Shown here: in pieces, positions 59,612 through 64,000 of the stretch
Layout: the number at the start of each line of letters is the position of its first letter
Numbering within the stretch: the first letter of the stretch is position 1
NCBI GenBank assembly: GCA_052168235.1
Contig: JBQLZK010000007.1
Location: 64,001-128,000, forward strand
Direction of reading: 5' to 3'
DNA: 64,000 bases
DNA from: Thainema sp.
Lineage (GTDB): Bacteria > Cyanobacteriota > Cyanobacteriia > Phormidesmidales > Phormidesmidaceae
Notes under the pieces: model-generated
What the model was told of the DNA's origin: nothing
Seen by the model: only the letters and a program-made list of their open reading frames with translations
Database searches by the model: none
Program-made: the position numbers and the translations under genes

Positions 59612-61375
59612 CTATTCCTCTATCCGTAGCTCATGGATATTCCATAGCGCTCCACCCAAGGCAGAATACTTAACACCTTGAACATCGTTACGGACGGCTG
59701 CTAGAGAAAGGGGATTGATTAAATAAATAAACGGCAAATACTCCTGGGCCAGAATTTGTGTTTGAGCATAGATGGCTTTGCGCTTTTCCTCATCCAGCTC
59801 TTGGGCTCCTTGCGTATACAAACGGCCAATCTCTGCCTCCCAGTCCGCAATGACCCGACCTTCAATCGGTTCTTGCCCAGGCGTTTCCTTTTGATTAAAC
59901 GAATGAAGAGTACCATCTGGCTGCCAAACATTTGCACCATTATTGGGTTCAACTCCTCCTGTGAAACCAATCAAGTGGCAGTCCCAATCTAAGGTGTCTG
60001 TCAGCTTTGCCACTAGCGCATTAAACGCCAGCGGTTGAAAATCAACCCGTATCCCGATCGCTGCCAAATCCTGTTTAATCTGGGCACCCATCGCTTCTCG
60101 GATTTTGTTGCCCGAATTGGTGATCAGCGTAAACCGGACGCGATTGCCCTCAGCGTCCAGCAGTTCGCCGTCGCTGTTGTAGGTAAAGCCTGCGCTCAGC
60201 AACAGCTCCTTGGCCCGTTCTGGATTATGTTCATAAACTGGCAAGCCCTCTTCCGGGGGCAGGTAGTACGGACTTTGCACCGAAATCGGTGAGTTTTGGG
60301 GTTTTCCTAGCCCTTGATAGATATTGTTCAACATCTTTTGCCGATCGAGGCCATAGGCGATGGCTTGGCGGAATTCGAGCGTGTTAAACCAAGCCGACTT
60401 AATCGGATTAACTAGTGGTACGCCGTTACGGTTTCCTTTGTTCAAGTTAAAGCTGATAAACGTTGTGCCGGGTGCCGCACCACCCTCAAAAATGGTGAAA
60501 TTACCCCGATCTTCTTCTCGTTTCAGCAGAGAAAAATAGTCAGGTGCCACACTCGTCACGTCTAATCCTCCAGAGCGGAACTGGATCAGCGCAGTTTCGG
60601 TAGACTCCACGATTTCCCAAATCACGCGATCGATGTAGGGCTGAGGGGCACCTGAATCAGGAGAGCGCCAATAGTAGGGATTTTTCTCGAAGATGACTCG
60701 TTCACCCGTTACGTACTGGGCCAAACGATAAGGACCTGTACCGATAATCTGCTCAGCAGGTGTGTTAGTTCCCCACTTTGACAAAAATAAAGGATTGCCT
60801 TCAGCATTCTTGGTTAAGATGGATTCCCGCAATAGATGTGCAGGCAGGATTTCCAACCCTGTTGCGCGGAGAAACGGAGCAAAGGGTTCAGGCACCGTAA
60901 ACTCTACCTGGCGGTCATTGAGCTTGCGCACGGCTGGCAACGCACCGCTTTCGCCAACCCGAAGAATATCTCTAGAACCCGTTGGGATCTCCTCATTGAG
61001 ATATACCTCGTTGTAGCTAAAGATGACGTCATCAGCCGTCAAGGGTTCACCATCGGCCCACTTTAGATTCGGTCGCAGCGTATATGTAATTCGAAGATTG
61101 TCGTCAGAAATTTCCCAAGATTCAGCCAGAGCAGGCTGAATGTCACCCGTCAGTCCATCGGCTTCGATTAATCCATCAAAGGTTAACGGAAAGATATTGG
61201 GTGATTCTTGACTCAGCGCTGGGTTAAACGTTTTAGGATCGCTGAGGTTACTATCAACTAATTGGGGAACCTGAGCCGCCTCGGTTTCAAAGGCTTCTAG
61301 GCTACAGCCTGCCAGAGGGAGGCTGAGCACCAAAATTAATAATCCGCATAACCAGCTACGCAACCAAGAGGGCAT
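59612..61375 (-). CDS. ABC transporter substrate-binding lipoprotein (family 5, peptide/nickel)
   Basis: LAGC lipobox; DPKTFNP, PALAESW, GTGPY and FRQAIAY motifs. Confidence 0.92.
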   Translation of the reverse strand: MPSWLRSWLCGLLILVLSLPLAGCSLEAFETEAAQVPQLVDSNLSDPKTFNPALSQESPNIFPLTFDGLIEADGLTGDIQPALAESWEISDDNLRITYTLRPNLKWADGEPLTADDVIFSYNEVYLNEEIPTGSRDILRVGESGALPAVRKLNDRQVEFTVPEPFAPFLRATGLEILPAHLLRESILTKNAEGNPLFLSKWGTNTPAEQIIGTGPYRLAQYVTGERVIFEKNPYYWRSPDSGAPQPYIDRVIWEIVESTETALIQFRSGGLDVTSVAPDYFSLLKREEDRGNFTIFEGGAAPGTTFISFNLNKGNRNGVPLVNPIKSAWFNTLEFRQAIAYGLDRQKMLNNIYQGLGKPQNSPISVQSPYYLPPEEGLPVYEHNPERAKELLLSAGFTYNSDGELLDAEGNRVRFTLITNSGNKIREAMGAQIKQDLAAIGIRVDFQPLAFNALVAKLTDTLDWDCHLIGFTGGVEPNNGANVWQPDGTLHSFNQKETPGQEPIEGRVIADWEAEIGRLYTQGAQELDEEKRKAIYAQTQILAQEYLPFIYLINPLSLAAVRNDVQGVKYSALGGALWNIHELRIEE

Positions 61376-61559
61376 GACGATGTTCCTAAGTCTGTGAGCT
61401 TTACCTTATTCACATTTTGCACCAAAACCCAAAGGAGGCATGTTGCTGCACATTGTGAACGTAATATCCTGCTTCAATTTTTTGACCTAATATCAAGATC
61501 CAAAATTGACTAATTTCTGGAATGTACGAGCGTGTACTGGCGTGTAGTTATTAACGGGT

Positions 61560-62036
61560 TTAGCGGGTTAACAAAGCCACTGCATAGGCAGCAATGCCTT
61601 CTTCGCGTCCAGTAGGACCTAATTTTTCGTTAGTGGTGGCTTTGATGCCGACTTGATCGGGGTCAATGGTTAAAACCGTAGAAATGCGATCGCGCATGGC
61701 CTGAATGTGTGGCTTCAGCTTTGGCCGTTCAGCAACCACCACCGTATCGAGATTGCCAATTTGCCAGCCTTTTTCCTGAATCAGTTGATGCACCTGGGCG
61801 AGCAGTTCGGTGCTGTCAGCTCCAGCCCAGCGCTGCTCAGTGGGCGGAAAGTAAAGGCCAATATCGCCTAAGCTCAGGGCACCCAGCATGGCGTCCATGA
61901 TGGCATGGATCAGCACATCTGCATCGCTGTGACCGATTAAGCCCAGTTCATGCGGAATATGAACGCCGCCCAAAATGAGGGGACGACCGGAGCCGAGTCG
62001 ATGAATGTCGTAGCCGTTGCCAATCCGAATGTTCAT
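61560..62036 (-). CDS. ispF: 2-C-methyl-D-erythritol 2,4-cyclodiphosphate synthase
   Basis: [16 protein letters not shown] and KATTNEKLG motifs. Confidence 0.97.
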   Translation of the reverse strand: MNIRIGNGYDIHRLGSGRPLILGGVHIPHELGLIGHSDADVLIHAIMDAMLGALSLGDIGLYFPPTEQRWAGADSTELLAQVHQLIQEKGWQIGNLDTVVVAERPKLKPHIQAMRDRISTVLTIDPDQVGIKATTNEKLGPTGREEGIAAYAVALLTR

Positions 62037-62228
62037 AGCGTGCGTAGCCGTCCCGTTAGAAATAAATTCCACCGAAATTCAGGCTACCTCACATCTTGCA
62101 CCAAAACCCAGAAGAGTTATTTTGCCGCCACGATGCGGCAGCAAAATAACCTTTTCAGGCTCTCAGCGTATAAGGTGCAAGATGTGAGCTACCGTGTCTA
62201 GTTGCTCAATATGTAATTTGGGTTCAAC

Positions 62229-62283
62229 CGCGAGATAGTTTTGCAGCGGCACGCATTGCGTGCCGCTGCAAAACTATCTCGCG
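62229..62283. repeat. 26-bp perfect inverted repeat with 3-nt loop immediately after the trmD stop
   Basis: cgcgagatagttttgcagcggcacgc-att-gcgtgccgctgcaaaactatctcgcg. Confidence 0.9.
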
Positions 62284-62285
62284 AT

Positions 62286-62984
62286 TTACGGGTCAGCATT
62301 TTGCTGCTGCCACTGTTCGTACAAATCAGGGCGGCGGTCTTTTGTACGCTGCACCTGTTGGTCGTGTCGCCATTGTGCGATCGCAGCATGATTTCCCGAT
62401 CGCAGCACCTCTGGCACTTCCCACTCGCGGAACACAGCGGGTCGAGTGTATTGCGGATAATCTAACAGTCCGGCTTCAAAGCTTTCGTATTTAAGAGAAT
62501 CCACCTTACCAACCGTTCCAGGCCGCAGCCGAATCACGCCGTTGACGAGCGCCAGTGCCGGAATTTCGCCACAGGTCAAAACAAAATCGCCCAGCGACAC
62601 TTCTCGATCAACTAAATTCAGAACCCGCTCATCTACCCCTTCATAGTGGCCGCAAATTAACACAAGCTGGTCATAGTTCTCAGCTAGTTCGCGAAACAGG
62701 GGTTGGCGCATCGGTTCACCCTGCGGCGTCATCAGCAACACCTGCCGCTGAGCCAAACAGGGCAGAGACTCCACTGCCGCAAAAATTGGCTCTGGTTTCA
62801 TCAACATGCCCACTCCGCCCCCATAGGGTTCGTCGTCTACCCGATGATGCTTATCCAGCGCAAAATCGCGGGGATTAGTTAAATAAACCGACGCAATATC
62901 ATTGGCTAACGCTTTCCCCAACAGCCCACTCTGTAGCGGCGATGTGAAGAAATCTGGAAATAACGTGACAATATCAATCCGCAC
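62286..62984 (-). CDS. trmD: tRNA (guanine37-N1)-methyltransferase
   Basis: VDDEPYGGG, CGHYEGVDER, SLGDFVL and YPQYTRP motifs; GTG start. Confidence 0.97.
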   Translation of the reverse strand: MRIDIVTLFPDFFTSPLQSGLLGKALANDIASVYLTNPRDFALDKHHRVDDEPYGGGVGMLMKPEPIFAAVESLPCLAQRQVLLMTPQGEPMRQPLFRELAENYDQLVLICGHYEGVDERVLNLVDREVSLGDFVLTCGEIPALALVNGVIRLRPGTVGKVDSLKYESFEAGLLDYPQYTRPAVFREWEVPEVLRSGNHAAIAQWRHDQQVQRTKDRRPDLYEQWQQQNADP

Positions 62985-63036
62985 AAGTGAACGCCTAAAT
63001 TTTGACCTAAAGTTCAATACTAATCAGCCTTTGAGA

Positions 63037-63160
63037 AGTGAGGAGTGAGGAGTAGGGCTAGAAAGACCAACATCCAACACACAGTACCTAATACCTAGTA
63101 CCTAGTACCTAACTCTCAATACCCAGAACCGACTCCTCAGCACTCAATTCTCAGCACTCA
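63037..63160 (+). repeat. Mixed STRR-like heptamer tracts (AGTGAGG, TACCTAG, CTCAGCA)
   Basis: agtgaggagtgaggagt; tacctaatacctagtacctagtacctaa; ctcagcactcaattctcagcactca. Confidence 0.7.
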
Positions 63161-63464
63161 AACCGCGATCGCACATCCTCTAAACTGTTTTTGCCATATT
63201 TTTGCCACAAAACGCAGCAAATTAGACGGTAGAGGTCAGCGGCAATCTGGTTCAATGTTCAATAGTAAAAATACTAAAACGTCATGAACCGTTAAACGAT
63301 GTGCATGGAAAGTGGTTTGCATAGTTATCAATTTCAAGCTTGAGTAAAATGATAGGTTGCGTCTAGCTACTTAGCCTAAAAATTGCTCTCTCGCAATTCG
63401 TCGCTGATCAGAGTAAAAAACTGGAGCCAGCGCATATTTCAACGTAATCGCGATACACTCAATC

Positions 63465-64000
63465 ATGCTGCAATTAGAGTCTCAACCTCTTTCGAGAATG
63501 CCTCAATCCACGAAAACCGCCGTGATGGTAATTGGCGGTGCTGAAGACAAGATCCACGGGCGAGAAATTCTCCACACCTTCTTTGAGCGAGCGGGTGGAA
63601 CAGACGCGAATATCGCCGTGATCCCCTGTGCTTCCCGTGAACCGGTTGCGATCGCAAGTCGCTATCGGGACATTTTTACCGACATGGGCGCACGCACGAT
63701 TGAGGTGCTGGATATTCGCGATCGCGATCATGGCGAAGATCCGCTGTGGAAAAGCCGAATTGAGGACGCAACGGGTGTCTTCATGACGGGCGGCGATCAG
63801 CTACGGCTGTGTGGCTTGCTGGCCGATACGCCTGTGATGGAGTTGATCCGCCAGCGGGCACAACTGGGACAAATTACTTTAGCAGGTACCAGTGCTGGAG
63901 CGGCTGTCATGGGCCACCACATGATTGCGGGCGGCGGCAGCGGTGAATCGCCGAATCGCTCTCTAGTGGATATGGCGACTGGGCTGGGTATTCTGCCCGA
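63465..64000 (+). CDS. cphB: Cyanophycinase, 3'-truncated by the window edge (absent from the ORF track)
   Basis: MLQLESQ...VMVIGGAEDKIHGREIL...FMTGGDQLRL...GTSAGAAVMG. Confidence 0.93.
   Translation, partial: MLQLESQPLSRMPQSTKTAVMVIGGAEDKIHGREILHTFFERAGGTDANIAVIPCASREPVAIASRYRDIFTDMGARTIEVLDIRDRDHGEDPLWKSRIEDATGVFMTGGDQLRLCGLLADTPVMELIRQRAQLGQITLAGTSAGAAVMGHHMIAGGGSGESPNRSLVDMATGLGILP

Larger units (their letters stand above)
1..64000. repeat. HIP1 octamer GCGATCGC, highly iterated throughout
   Basis: Dozens of copies in coding and non-coding DNA, e.g. 3246, 4813, 6784, 9803, 12743 and 51658. Confidence 0.97.

Noticed and set aside
63444..63456. NtcA site upstream of cphB (GTA-atcgcga-TAC)
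   Set aside because: Spacer is 7 nt and the site is only 8 nt from the start codon.
295..63731. Numerous short ORFs antisense to or nested in the assigned genes
   Set aside because: Shadow ORFs expected at this GC content; none shows independent motifs.
1..64000. CRISPR array, rRNA, tRNA, prophage, integrase or transposase genes
   Set aside because: No regularly spaced direct repeats, RNA-gene signatures or such ORFs seen. The palindromes are isolated, not arrayed.

Overview
Core-genome window from a cyanobacterium. Evidence: very frequent HIP1 GCGATCGC, psaK, ndhS, cphB, a cyAbrB regulator and STRR-like heptamer tracts; a filamentous Leptolyngbya/Oculatella-like lineage is an inference. 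About 50 CDS are present. Housekeeping genes include dapB, nadA, recA, xseA/xseB, sixA, surE, hrcA, holA, cobH, cbiET, trpF, leuA, ispF, trmD and a partial cphB. A type IV pilin locus is bracketed by two diguanylate cyclases, one of which is a 1959-aa Ser/Thr kinase-NTPase-GAF-PAS-GGDEF protein. Cell-envelope and glycan genes and a two-component pair are also present. I saw no rRNA, tRNA, CRISPR array, prophage or transposase. Most notable observations: (1) a NurA nuclease plus two dispersed stand-alone HAS-barrel-like proteins with no HerA in the window; (2) at least two families of ~90-100 bp MITE-like elements with TIRs, target duplications and internal REP-like hairpins; (3) many unrelated 20-26 bp perfect palindromes that share a 3-nt loop; (4) an exact Yfr1-motif complement upstream of a secreted SH3 gene; (5) an internally deleted DnaJ-WD40 gene; (6) a Cys-less CBCR-like GAF domain; (7) an extended YGCGATCGCR context for HIP1. 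All family assignments come from motif recognition by eye, not from database searches.
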